64,000 nt of DNA from an uncultured delta proteobacterium. Its GTDB lineage: Bacteria; Myxococcota_A; Polyangia; Polyangiales; Polyangiaceae. Location: NCBI GenBank assembly GCA_963841435.1, contig CAWJCS010000002.1, positions 992,001 to 1,056,000 of the forward strand. Direction: 5' to 3'. Made by a program: the position numbers and the translations under genes. How positions within the stretch are numbered: the stretch's first letter is position 1; each line of letters begins with the position of its first letter. Positions 1-10,869 of the stretch are shown here, one piece after another. The notes under the pieces are model-generated. The model worked only from the letters and a program-made list of their open reading frames with translations, did no database searches and was not told the DNA's origin.

Positions 1-470
1 ACGCCCGGCGAAATCGTCGCGTGATCGCCCACCGCGACGTCGTGGGCGAGGTGACAACCGTTGTTCACGTGGGCATTGCGACCGAGGCGCACCAGGCTCG
101 TGAGCGTCACGCCCGCGCCGACGACAGCGCCCGCCCCGAGCTCGAGGCGACGCGTCCGCACGACGCTCGGGTGCACGACCGCCTCCGCCAGTCGAGCGCC
201 CGCGGCGAGCGCGCGCCCGAGAAGAGCAAGGCGTAGATCGGTGTCCCCGACCGCGGCGACCACCTCGAACTTTCTGGACTGGGCGGCAAGCCAGGTGAAG
301 TCACCCAGGATGGGTAGGCCGTTGACGAAGGTGCCTGGCGCGCCAGCGTTCTCGTCGACGACGAAACCCGCCGGCTCGTAGCGGCCGTCGTCGGCGTGAC
401 AGGCCTCCAGCACGTCGAGCACGTCGCGCGCATGCCCACCCGCCCCGAGGATGATGATCGGCCGAGCCAT
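1..470 (-). CDS. Sugar O/N-acetyltransferase, NeuD/PglD family (hexapeptide repeat); runs off the window edge
   Basis: Manual translation from ATG at 470: MARPIIILGAGGHARDVLD...VVHPSVV...LGAGAVVGAGVTLTSLVRLGRNAHVNNGCHLAHDVAVGDHATISPG. It has the GAGGH motif and left-handed beta-helix repeats. Not listed in the ORF track. Confidence 0.88.
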   Translation of the reverse strand, partial: MARPIIILGAGGHARDVLDVLEACHADDGRYEPAGFVVDENAGAPGTFVNGLPILGDFTWLAAQSRKFEVVAAVGDTDLRLALLGRALAAGARLAEAVVHPSVVRTRRLELGAGAVVGAGVTLTSLVRLGRNAHVNNGCHLAHDVAVGDHATISPG

Positions 471-534
471 GAACGGAAAAGCGACGCTGGTTGGGGTTCC
501 TTGACCTTGGAGGGCCGGGAGTATATCTCGTACT

Positions 535-1734
535 TTGAGAGGAGGCAGAGGCGTCGTGAAGGGCACCCAGTTCTTGTCGAGCGCGGACCGATTGGTCAAA
601 AGGCACGCGTTCTCCGAGCCGGTCATGGTCACTCGCCCGACCATGCCGCCCCTCGCGGACTACGTCCGTCAGCTCGAAGGCATCTGGAAGCGACGCTGGC
701 TCACCAACAACGGGCAGATCTGCCAGGAGCTCGAAGCCTCGCTAGCTCGCTATCTCGGTGTCGAGCACCTGAGCCTTTTCAACACGGGCGCGACCGCGTT
801 GCTCGTGATGCTGCAAGCACTGCGAATCAATGCTGGAGAGGTGATCACGACGCCTTTTACCTTCCCCGCGACCGTGCACGTGCTGCATTGGAACCGCATT
901 CGCCCCGTCTTCTGTGACATCGACCCCGTCACGTTCAACATCGATCCGCGCCGCATCGAGCGCCTGATCGGGGCGGACACGCGCGCCATCCTCGGTGTCC
1001 ACGTGTACGGCACCCCGTGCAACGTCGAGGCCATTCAGACGATCGCCGAACGGCACGGCTTGCTCGTGGTCTACGACGCCGCGCACGCATTCGGCGTCAA
1101 GCTCCGAGGCCGTTCCATCCTCGACTACGGGGACATGTCGATGTTGAGCTTCCACGCGACCAAGGTCTTCTCGACCATCGAAGGGGGAGCGCTCATCTGT
1201 CGTTCGGCCGCCCAGCGCGCGCGCGTCGACTCCTTGAAGAATTTCGGGATCGCCGACGAGGAAACGATCATCGGTCCCGGCATCAACGGAAAGATGAACG
1301 AGTTTCAGGCCGCGTTCGGGCTCCTGTCGCTCGAGACCGCCGACGCCGAGTACGCCAAGCGCGCGCTACTCGCGGCGTCGTACCGAAAGCAGCTGGCGGG
1401 CCTTTCGGGGCTCGTTCCGCTCGCCGACTGCCCTGGCGTCGAGCACAACTACGGCTACTTTCCCGTGCTCGTCAACCGCGAGCGCTTCGGCCTCGATCGA
1501 GACGAGCTCTACACGCTCCTCAAACGCTTCAACGTCTTCAGTCGCAAGTACTTTTACCCCCTCGTGTCACAGGCGCCCTGCTACGCCGCGCTGCCTTCGG
1601 CCGACCCGAGCAATCTGCCGGTCGCCGGGCGCGTCGCGAGCCAGGTCCTTTGCTTGCCGATGTACGGTGGTCTGGATCCCGAGGCGCCCGCAAGAATCGC
1701 CTGCATTCTGCGCGAGATTCAGGCATCGATCTGA
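535..1734 (+). CDS. DegT/DnrJ/EryC1/StrS family PLP-dependent NDP-sugar aminotransferase (VioA-like)
   Basis: Motifs VITTPFTFPAT, VYDAAHAFG, SFHATKVFSTIEGG (catalytic Lys), NGKMNEFQAA, LCLPMY. The true start may be slightly downstream. Confidence 0.93.
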   Translation: MRGGRGVVKGTQFLSSADRLVKRHAFSEPVMVTRPTMPPLADYVRQLEGIWKRRWLTNNGQICQELEASLARYLGVEHLSLFNTGATALLVMLQALRINAGEVITTPFTFPATVHVLHWNRIRPVFCDIDPVTFNIDPRRIERLIGADTRAILGVHVYGTPCNVEAIQTIAERHGLLVVYDAAHAFGVKLRGRSILDYGDMSMLSFHATKVFSTIEGGALICRSAAQRARVDSLKNFGIADEETIIGPGINGKMNEFQAAFGLLSLETADAEYAKRALLAASYRKQLAGLSGLVPLADCPGVEHNYGYFPVLVNRERFGLDRDELYTLLKRFNVFSRKYFYPLVSQAPCYAALPSADPSNLPVAGRVASQVLCLPMYGGLDPEAPARIACILREIQASI

Positions 1735-1744
1735 AGGAGCCGCG

Positions 1745-2692
1745 GTGGGAGACAGTCGCTCCGGAGAGCGGACATCGAAGCTGTCTGCGATCATCACTTG
1801 CTACTTCGAGGAGCGCAGCATCGACGAGTTTCACGCGAAGCTCTCGGCGGCACTCGCCGGGCTAGGCCGCCCGTACGAGATCGTGTTCGTCAACGACGGA
1901 AGCACGGACGGCACCTGGGCACGGCTGAAGGCCATCTTCGAGCGGGACCCGACCGTTCACGCTGTACTCGATTTATTCAGAAACTCGGGGCAGCGAGCCG
2001 CCATGGCGGCGGGGCTCTGCGAGACGACCGGTGACGGTCTCTTGTTCATGGACAGCGACTTGCAGCTCGATCCGGCGGAAATTCCGAGGCTCGTAGCCGA
2101 GTGGGACGCGGGCGCCAACGTCGTGAGTGGACGCCGCGCCCAGCGTCGCGACTCTTTCCTGCGTGTCGTGCCGTCGAAGGTGGCGAACGCGATCATGCGG
2201 CGTGCATCGCGTAGCGATTTCCGTGATTTCGGCTGCACGTTCAAGATCTTCGACGCGCGCTTGGTCGGGGTCTTCGACTTCGGCCCGCACCGCATCTTCT
2301 CGCCGGTGGACGTGATTGCTGCGGCCGGGCGCACGGTGGAAGTCAACGTCAGCCACTTTCCCCGGAAGTACGGCAAGTCTGGTTGGACCCTCCGGAAGCT
2401 CGTGGGTTACAACACCGACAACATCGTCCAGCTGTCGGATCGCCCGTTCCAGTTCGCGGTTCTCGTCTGCCTGGTCCTCGCCGGACTGTTCGCGATCAGG
2501 ACGGTGCTGGCGTTCGCGTTCCCCTTCCGGCTACTCGGTGGCGTCTCCAACGGGCTCATCCTCAACGTGCTCGTCGTGGTGGGCCTCGCCGTGGCCGGCC
2601 TCGTCGCGATGGTCGGCGAATTTACCATCCGCGTGTTCTCGGCCACGCGGCGTGTCCCTCGGTACGCCGTGCGTGAGGCGCTCAGGCGCTGA
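1745..2692 (+). CDS. GT2 polyprenyl-phosphate glycosyltransferase (ArnC/GtrB-like)
   Basis: Motifs FVNDGSTDGT, RNSGQRAAMAAGL, MDSDLQLDP, DFGCTFK and two C-terminal TM helices. GTG start at 1745 follows AAGGAG. Confidence 0.88.
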   Translation: MGDSRSGERTSKLSAIITCYFEERSIDEFHAKLSAALAGLGRPYEIVFVNDGSTDGTWARLKAIFERDPTVHAVLDLFRNSGQRAAMAAGLCETTGDGLLFMDSDLQLDPAEIPRLVAEWDAGANVVSGRRAQRRDSFLRVVPSKVANAIMRRASRSDFRDFGCTFKIFDARLVGVFDFGPHRIFSPVDVIAAAGRTVEVNVSHFPRKYGKSGWTLRKLVGYNTDNIVQLSDRPFQFAVLVCLVLAGLFAIRTVLAFAFPFRLLGGVSNGLILNVLVVVGLAVAGLVAMVGEFTIRVFSATRRVPRYAVREALRR

Positions 2693-3518
2693 CCGCGCCG
2701 GCGCTTTGGCTCTCCGAAAGGACGGCGAGCCAAAGCCCGAACGGGAGCCGCAAGCGCTGCGCGAGCAGTGCTTCGAGGCGGAGCACCCCCGTGAGCGCCG
2801 CGTTGATGGGCTTCGGGACCAAACCGAGCGATACTCGTTTGGGGCGGAAGCCGAGCCGTGCCTTGAGCTTGTCCGCGAAGCGAGCTGCCACGGCCGCAGG
2901 AAACAGCAGAAAAACGAAGTGATTCTCCGCCACAGGCTGGTAGCCCGCAGCGCGGAGCACGTCCTTCAAGTGGGCCATCGAGTACCGACGGTAGTGGTGC
3001 AGGAGCTCGTCGTGCGGGCCATAGAGGAACTGACACGCGGGGACGGTCAACAGCAAGCGATGTCCCGGCGCTCCGTGTGCGATGAGACGCTTCAAAAAAC
3101 CGCGGTCGTCCTCGATGTGCTCGAGAACGTCGAACATGCAATAAAGGTCCACGTCCGGGAGCTGTCGGTCGAAGAGGTCGTCCGTGTAGACCTCGTCGGC
3201 GACGCCGCGCAAGCGTGCTCGCCTCGCGAGCGCCGGGGACCGCTCGAAAGCCACGACGCGACCGTAGCGCCGCAAGAGCCCGAGATCGCCGCCCGAGCCG
3301 CAGCCCACCTCCGCGATGGTGCGGAGACCGACGCGTGCCGCTCGGCGCAGGAACTGTTCGAGAATAGCTCGGCGCCCGACCGCCCACCAGATGCCGTCCT
3401 CGATGGCCATCGCCTGCTCGTCGGGCAAATGCTCGAGGGCGTTGTCGCCTATCTCTGCGGCTTCCGTCATCGATTCCGAGTCGAGCACTAGCACGAAGAG
3501 CCCCCGCGGCGTTGACAC
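2682..3518 (-). CDS. Class I SAM-dependent methyltransferase (glycan-cluster type)
   Basis: Motifs EVGCGSGG, FDVLEHIEDD, LTVPA...HDELLHHYRRY, LPFGL. The start may be the Met of MTEAAE. Confidence 0.85.
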   Translation of the reverse strand: MSTPRGLFVLVLDSESMTEAAEIGDNALEHLPDEQAMAIEDGIWWAVGRRAILEQFLRRAARVGLRTIAEVGCGSGGDLGLLRRYGRVVAFERSPALARRARLRGVADEVYTDDLFDRQLPDVDLYCMFDVLEHIEDDRGFLKRLIAHGAPGHRLLLTVPACQFLYGPHDELLHHYRRYSMAHLKDVLRAAGYQPVAENHFVFLLFPAAVAARFADKLKARLGFRPKRVSLGLVPKPINAALTGVLRLEALLAQRLRLPFGLWLAVLSESQSAGAVSA

Positions 3519-3546
3519 TTCGGGGGGGTCCTAGCAGAGTGGCGCC

Positions 3547-5319
3547 GTGGTCGCAGAGTCGAGGGAGGCGCGGCGTTTGCCTGCGGCGGCTGCTTGGTTC
3601 CGAGGCGCGCGGCTCGTGCGAGTGGCGGTCGCCGCGGCAGTGTTCGTCTGCGCGCTCGTCACGATCGGAGAGTGTCTCGGTCAACCAGTCGGAGTCTTCG
3701 ACGAGCCGCTCCACTACGTCGGCTCCATGTTGGTTGCGCGCGGAGAGCGGGTGCACGTGGACTTTCACTCCTCGTATCCCCCGCCGAACTACGCGCTCTT
3801 GAGTCTCACCTTTCGCCTGCTCGGAGAGACTGCCTTCGCTGCGCGTCTGCTCCACGTCGTCTTGTACCTAATCTTGCTCGGCGGGCTTGCGTCGTTCTAT
3901 CGTCGCGTCGGGAGCGATCCTCGTCGGGTTTGGGGGAGCCTGCTCGGCGCCGTGGTGCTTACCGCCAGTCTCCCCTGGTTCCCCTCGTTTTCCGCGGTGG
4001 CCTTCGCGCTGCTCGCCGTGCTCGCTTATTTGCATGCGCTCATCGCTGCCTCGCCGGGTGCCCGGCGGGGGGCGCTGCTCGTCGCGGGGGCTCTGGGGGC
4101 CTTCGCGGTGCTGACGCGCCTCAACTGGGGCGCGTACGTCCTGCTCGTCTTCGCGTTCGACGCAGTCGTCGAGCTCGCGAGGCTTCGTCACGACCACTAC
4201 AGGGGTTGGCGTCGCTTGTTCGGCGACTGTGCCGCGCTCGCGTCGGGCGCCGGCCTTTCGATCGCGGTCTTCGCGTTGACGCTCGGACGCGAGCTTCGCA
4301 CCGTCTGGCACGAGGTCGTCACCGTGCCCTCGCAGGCACTCGGTTCGTATTCGATTCCAGCGTATGCGCACGGTACGAGCCGCGTCGGGGTACTCGGTCT
4401 CCTGGTGCCGCTCTTTCCGACGCTCTGGCTCTCGCTCCGCTCGCCTTTGCCCCGCGCTCGCCGAGTCTGTGCCGCGACGACGGCACTACTCGTGCCGTTG
4501 GTCCTGTGGCTCGGCTACACGGGCGATCACGGCTTCGCCCTGCTCGCGTTTCCGATTCTCCTCGCGCCCCTGCTGCATCAGGTGTTTGCGCGGCGGATCG
4601 AGCGCCCTGAATTCGTCGGCCTTTCGACGGTCGCCGTTTTCGCCCACTACTATCTGAACCGCCCGGATTTCGAGCACCAGGTTCCGAGCGTGGCGCCCGT
4701 GGCCCTCGTGCTGCCCTTTGCCCTCGCGTCGGCGTTCGCGACTCCTGCCGCGCGTCGCTCGTGGGCGGCGTTGCTGGTTGCATTCGTCCTTGCCGTGCCG
4801 GCACTGCTCAAAGAAGTCGGGCAGATGCGGACGCTGAAGACTGCCGCAGCCATGCTCCTCAGAACGACGCCGAACGGAAGCGACGCGGCCGCCCTGGCTG
4901 AAGCACCCTCGCCGATGCCGCCGTATGCCGCGCTTTATCCGGACGCCGACGAGGTTGCAGCCGCCAGATTCGTGCGCGCTCGGACGCTCCCCGGTCAGGC
5001 CGTCTACGTTGGCATGGCCGACCACACGCGCCCCTTCGTGAACGACGTTCGCCTGTATTGGGAAATCGGGCGCCGACCAGGCGCGCGCCACTACATGCTC
5101 GCTGCCGGCGTCACGAACACGCCCGAGGCCGAGCAGGAGATCGTCCACGATCTCATCGAACGGCGGGTTCGCTGGGTCGTCTTGTGGAAGGGGATGTCTC
5201 CTCCTCCCGGCTTCGTCCAGCGCAACCGCAGCGGCTCGTCGTTGCTCGACGACTACCTGGCCCGAGCGTTCCGTCCTGCAGCGACCTTCGGGGCCTTCGA
5301 GGTCAGGACCGCGAGCTGA
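3547..5319 (+). CDS. Polytopic membrane protein, probable GT-C fold glycosyltransferase
   Basis: More than 10 TM segments, an N-terminal loop 'FDEPLHY...VHVDFHSSYPP' typical of lipid-linked sugar transferases, a soluble C-terminal domain, and glycan-cluster context. Confidence 0.6.
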   Translation: MVAESREARRLPAAAAWFRGARLVRVAVAAAVFVCALVTIGECLGQPVGVFDEPLHYVGSMLVARGERVHVDFHSSYPPPNYALLSLTFRLLGETAFAARLLHVVLYLILLGGLASFYRRVGSDPRRVWGSLLGAVVLTASLPWFPSFSAVAFALLAVLAYLHALIAASPGARRGALLVAGALGAFAVLTRLNWGAYVLLVFAFDAVVELARLRHDHYRGWRRLFGDCAALASGAGLSIAVFALTLGRELRTVWHEVVTVPSQALGSYSIPAYAHGTSRVGVLGLLVPLFPTLWLSLRSPLPRARRVCAATTALLVPLVLWLGYTGDHGFALLAFPILLAPLLHQVFARRIERPEFVGLSTVAVFAHYYLNRPDFEHQVPSVAPVALVLPFALASAFATPAARRSWAALLVAFVLAVPALLKEVGQMRTLKTAAAMLLRTTPNGSDAAALAEAPSPMPPYAALYPDADEVAAARFVRARTLPGQAVYVGMADHTRPFVNDVRLYWEIGRRPGARHYMLAAGVTNTPEAEQEIVHDLIERRVRWVVLWKGMSPPPGFVQRNRSGSSLLDDYLARAFRPAATFGAFEVRTAS

Positions 5320-5321
5320 GC

Positions 5322-5477
5322 TTGACCGAAGCTATTTCAGACCGTGCGCTTTGCCCCCGTTGCCGAGCTCGGCTGGGCACCGACTTCGATTGCACGTCTT
5401 GCGGAATATCGTACCCGCTCGTCGGCAGTGCGCGGGTCCTGCTGCCCGACCCCGCCGCGCCCGGCCCGCAAGCGTGA
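5322..5477 (+). pseudogene. Trm112-like zinc-ribbon fragment (probable truncated methyltransferase N-terminus)
   Basis: TTG start 2 nt after the upstream stop. Translation LTEAISDRALCPRCRARLGTDFDCTSCGISYPLVGSARVLLPD has CxxC..CxxC..YP, then stops after 51 aa. Confidence 0.45.
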
Positions 5478-5506
5478 ATATCTCGCCGCTCTCCAATCTC
5501 TCACTC

Positions 5507-5536
5507 GAGTTTCCCCCGAGTACGCAGGGAAACCTC
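5507..5536 (-). terminator. Hairpin next to the duplicated tRNA 3' end (possible original tRNA terminator)
   Basis: Inverted repeat GTTTCCC (5509-5515) / GGGAAAC (5527-5533). Confidence 0.35.
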
Positions 5537-5540
5537 TCGC

Positions 5541-5558
5541 TGGAGCCGAGCGCGGTCG
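5541..5558 (-). repeat. Putative att site: partial direct repeat of the tRNA-Ala 3' end
   Basis: TGGAGCCGAG at 5541-5550 is identical to 6771-6780 in the same orientation; 15/18 identity when extended. Confidence 0.5.
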
Positions 5559-6034
5559 TCAATGCGGACCCGGGCAACTCACCCATCGTGCCTGTCAGGC
5601 GGCGGGGTTCTTCCTCGTGCCGCCCGTTGCCGGACGGGTGCGAAGGCGTGTGCCAAGCCGCCGATCCGGGCGCCTTGCTCCCGACGCTCACATGGACGGC
5701 GCGCGAGGCGCTTTGCGGTGGCTGCTCGGTGCTCGAGACGCCGTGGGCCTCCGATCCGGCGGACGCGGTTGACGGAGTCTTGCGCGCTGCGGGAGCGGAG
5801 CCGACGTGGTTCCGTGTCGGCTTCACGCGCGAGAACGGCGGCCTCATCGGCGTGTACGGGCGAGAAGGCACCGCCCACGCAGGCTACAGGCATTTACCTG
5901 ATCGCTCCACCCGTGTATCGCGCGGGTGCGTTGATCGTGCGCGACGACGGCACCGCCGCGCATCGATCGGAAGACCGCTTACACGGCCATTGCCTGCGGG
6001 GCGGTGCCAGGCGTCCGCCGCATCGGCGCTCAGC

Positions 6035-6520
6035 GCGAAGGCTGGATGATCGACGTTCAGGTGGTCGGAAAGGACGGACGGCTGCGGCGCATGCGCAAGA
6101 TTGCGCCGATGCAGACGCGGCGAGCCGCCGAGAAGCTCGAGCACGATACGCGCGCTGAGCTCATGCTGGCAGACGACCGTGCAGGTACGACCTTGCCGGA
6201 AGCCCCTCGGTTCTCTGCCTTCGCCGAGCAGTTCGTTTCAAGGTACGCGGTCACGAACAACAAGCGCGCCGAAGTCATCTCGAAGCGAAAGATCCTGCGG
6301 GTGCACCTCGTGCCGGCGTTCGGCGAGCTCCGGCTCCATCAAGTCGGACTGGCCGAGATCGAGAAGTACAAGGCCGAGAAGGGTGCCGAGCAAAAGCGTC
6401 CAGGAGCTCTTGGGCCACAGCTCGATCGAAATGACCATGCGGTACGCGCACCTGAGCCCGGATGTTCGCCGCGATGCTGTCAAGCTCCTGGACGCGAGGG
6501 ACTCCATCCGCCTCACCTGG
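6035..6520 (+). pseudogene. Tyrosine recombinase/phage integrase with internal deletion and frameshift
   Basis: The N-terminal part WMIDVQVV...[10 protein letters not shown]...FSAFAEQF...[29 protein letters not shown] joins at ~6380, in another frame, to the C-terminal [27 protein letters not shown] (LGH...Y nucleophile). The catalytic R and HxxR segments are missing. Confidence 0.88.
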
Positions 6521-6770
6521 ACGACGTCCCGGGGCGTGGTCCTCAGGATTGTGCTGACACAACCCGGAGGCCGGCACGACCGGGTCCACGTCACCCGACT
6601 TGGCCAAGGGGATCCTTCGAAATCCCCTGCTGCAAGTCGCGTGCGGTGGGCCCGAGGGCGGGAGCCGACAGCCGGCAGGGCCCGGCCGCTAGCCGCAAGC
6701 TTGCGGCACATCGGCGGCACATGGGGACGTGCCGATCAGAAATCCCGGGTGTTTTCTGGTTGCTGCTAAG

Positions 6771-6843
<73 letters not shown>

Positions 6844-6861
6844 TGGGTTCAGGGCCCGCGG

Positions 6862-6932
6862 AGGGTAGCGGGAACGCCCCGCCTGTCAACCCTCGAAATG
6901 GCCATTGACCAGGGGATCCCCGTGGTTATGTT
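6862..6932. promoter_or_regulatory. Candidate divergent sigma70-like promoters for tRNA-Ala (-) and dnaK (+)
   Basis: Minus strand: TTGACA(6889-6884)-16-TACCCT. Plus strand: TTGACC(6905-6910)-16-TATGTT. Confidence 0.35.
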
Positions 6933-7010
6933 GCGCGAGCGTTCAGGTTTTCGCCGTCGCAACTGGGCGGCTCGAAACCGGCAAGAACTGGAGCGTTTAG
7001 GAGACAAGCC

Positions 7011-8912
<1,902 letters not shown>

Positions 8913-8937
8913 GCCTCAGCGTGTAAAGTCCCGGCCC

Positions 8938-10794
8938 ATGCTGGGACGAACGAGGGTCACGTGGCTCGGGCTCGTGTGGGTGGTGGCCTGCGGGTCTCCC
9001 CCGGGCCGGCCGCGCCCGCGGCGAGCGCGAGCGCGCCCTCCGCGGGGGTGCTCGCCACGGCGCCGGAAACACCGGATTCTTTCGCCCGTGGCGGCGCCGC
9101 CCGGGCTGTTCGCCACGGGACGACTCGGGCACCCCCTCACGACGCTCAGCCGGCTCGGCGCGTGGGCCGGCTTGCCGATCCCCCCGAGCGCGCTCCTGCC
9201 GCCGGTCGCCGCCGATTTCGAGAAAGTGATCGAGGCACAGTCGCCGCTCGAGGCGGCGCTCGTCGTCGGTGGCGAGCATTCACCCCGTGAGATCGGTGCC
9301 GTGGTCTCGCTCGGGCTAACCTCGTTCGCTGGTGCCGTCGAAGAGGCGCGTGCTCACGGGCTCGTGCTTCACAAGCTCGCGCCCGGCGTCATGAAGCTCG
9401 AGGGGACGGAAGACGAGCCGTGCGCCGTCGCGGTGGCGCTCGGCAAGGCTCCGGCGCGGCTCGTGTGCGCGCCGACCGACGGGGATCTCGAACGCCTGCT
9501 GCCTTTTGCGACACGCGGGCTGCCGATGCTCGACCTCGGCGCGCGCGACCTCGAGATCGCGGTGAAAGCCGCGCCCCTGCGCGACGCTTACCGCTCGCGT
9601 CTCGCAGGTCTGCGCATGCTCTCCGGGTTCCTCGTGCGGCGCTGGGCGCTCGATGCGCCCCGCTTCGATCGGGCTCTCGCCGACGCGCTCGACAGCCTCG
9701 CCGACGAGCTCGTTCTGCTCGTGGACGACCTCGATTCGGTCACGCTCGGCGGCGTGGTCGACGAGGGCAAGGGCCAGCTCCGGCTCGAGCTCGCGGTCGC
9801 ACTCGCGGATCAGCGCTCCTTTTCGGCCCGGCTCGTCGGCGACTTCGCCAAGCACCGAGGCACGGCCCCCGACGTTTTCTTCGGGCTGCCCGGCGACGCG
9901 CAGGGAGCCCGCTACTCGCGGGGGCTCGACGTTCAGGCGTGGGCTGCCGTGCGCACGTCGCTCGCCGACGTCGTCGACGCCTACCTCGAGCAGAAGGGCA
10001 TCGACCGCGCAGCGCGAACGCGCGTGGGGCGGCTCATCGGGCTTTACTTCGACTTAGGCGGTGGCGTGCAGGCGAGCGCCCACGGGCCGGTCCCGGGCAA
10101 TGACGAGGGCTATTCGCTGGGGGTCGTCGATCTTCCCGCAAAACGGCTCAGTGATGCTCTGTCCGATCTTTCGGCCCTGCTCTCCGACCGCAAGGTTCGC
10201 GCGTTTGCCGCCACGCTACTCGGCGTCGACGAGAAGGCGCTGCCGACCGCGAAGCTCGTCCCCCTCGCAGGAGCCGGCATTCCTCGAGGCACACGCGGGC
10301 TCACCTTCAACGTTCCGAAGGAGCTCGCGAAGCAGCTCGGGTCCGGCCTGACGTTCGCGCAGTCGAGCGCGGGCCTAGCCAGCGGCGGGAGCCACACCGT
10401 CGCGGTCGCCCCCCGCGGCGACGGCGCGGTTTTTTGTTCCGCCGCCACGCCGGACGCCGTCGCCGAACGCCTGTCGGCCTTTTTGGCTGGTCGTGGTCCC
10501 ACGCTCGCCGACCGGCCCGAGCTCGCGTCCTTTCGCGACCTCATGGCGCAGTCCGCCATGTTCGAGACTCCCGAGGGGTTGATCGCTTCGGTTGCCCAGA
10601 GCCTGGGCAAGCACAAGCGGGGGCCCGCGGTGGGCCCGGCCGGGACCCTTCCGATCGTGCTGCGCTTTGATGCCACTCCCTCGCCCCTGGCTGGGACGTT
10701 CATCCTCACGGTGCCGCGTGACGCGTTCCACGCCATCCCTGCTCTGGTCGCCGTCCTGCTGCAGGGGCACCCGGGTCTGCTCGGGATGCCCTGA
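8938..10794 (+). CDS. Hypothetical lipoprotein (probable compensating frameshifts at ~9000 and ~9078)
   Basis: Lipobox WVVAC and a long ORF with typical codon usage. A short Arg-rich stretch reads as an Ala/Pro linker in the adjacent frame. Confidence 0.65.
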   Translation: MLGRTRVTWLGLVWVVACGSPPGRPRPRRARARPPRGCSPRRRKHRILSPVAAPPGLFATGRLGHPLTTLSRLGAWAGLPIPPSALLPPVAADFEKVIEAQSPLEAALVVGGEHSPREIGAVVSLGLTSFAGAVEEARAHGLVLHKLAPGVMKLEGTEDEPCAVAVALGKAPARLVCAPTDGDLERLLPFATRGLPMLDLGARDLEIAVKAAPLRDAYRSRLAGLRMLSGFLVRRWALDAPRFDRALADALDSLADELVLLVDDLDSVTLGGVVDEGKGQLRLELAVALADQRSFSARLVGDFAKHRGTAPDVFFGLPGDAQGARYSRGLDVQAWAAVRTSLADVVDAYLEQKGIDRAARTRVGRLIGLYFDLGGGVQASAHGPVPGNDEGYSLGVVDLPAKRLSDALSDLSALLSDRKVRAFAATLLGVDEKALPTAKLVPLAGAGIPRGTRGLTFNVPKELAKQLGSGLTFAQSSAGLASGGSHTVAVAPRGDGAVFCSAATPDAVAERLSAFLAGRGPTLADRPELASFRDLMAQSAMFETPEGLIASVAQSLGKHKRGPAVGPAGTLPIVLRFDATPSPLAGTFILTVPRDAFHAIPALVAVLLQGHPGLLGMP

Positions 10795-10869
10795 GCCCCC
10801 CTGGGCCGGGAGGGGCCACGCCGGGATTTTGCCTCGAGCGCGCGGGGCAGTGTAAGCGTCACACCTACA

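Noticed and set aside
1-5540. Glycan cluster as cargo of the tRNA-Ala island
   Set aside because: The att-like repeat at 5541 places it outside the element. A larger nested island cannot be excluded from this window alone.
5560-6030. ORF fragments inside the decayed element
   Set aside because: No recognisable motif and an inconsistent frame; left as unassigned debris.
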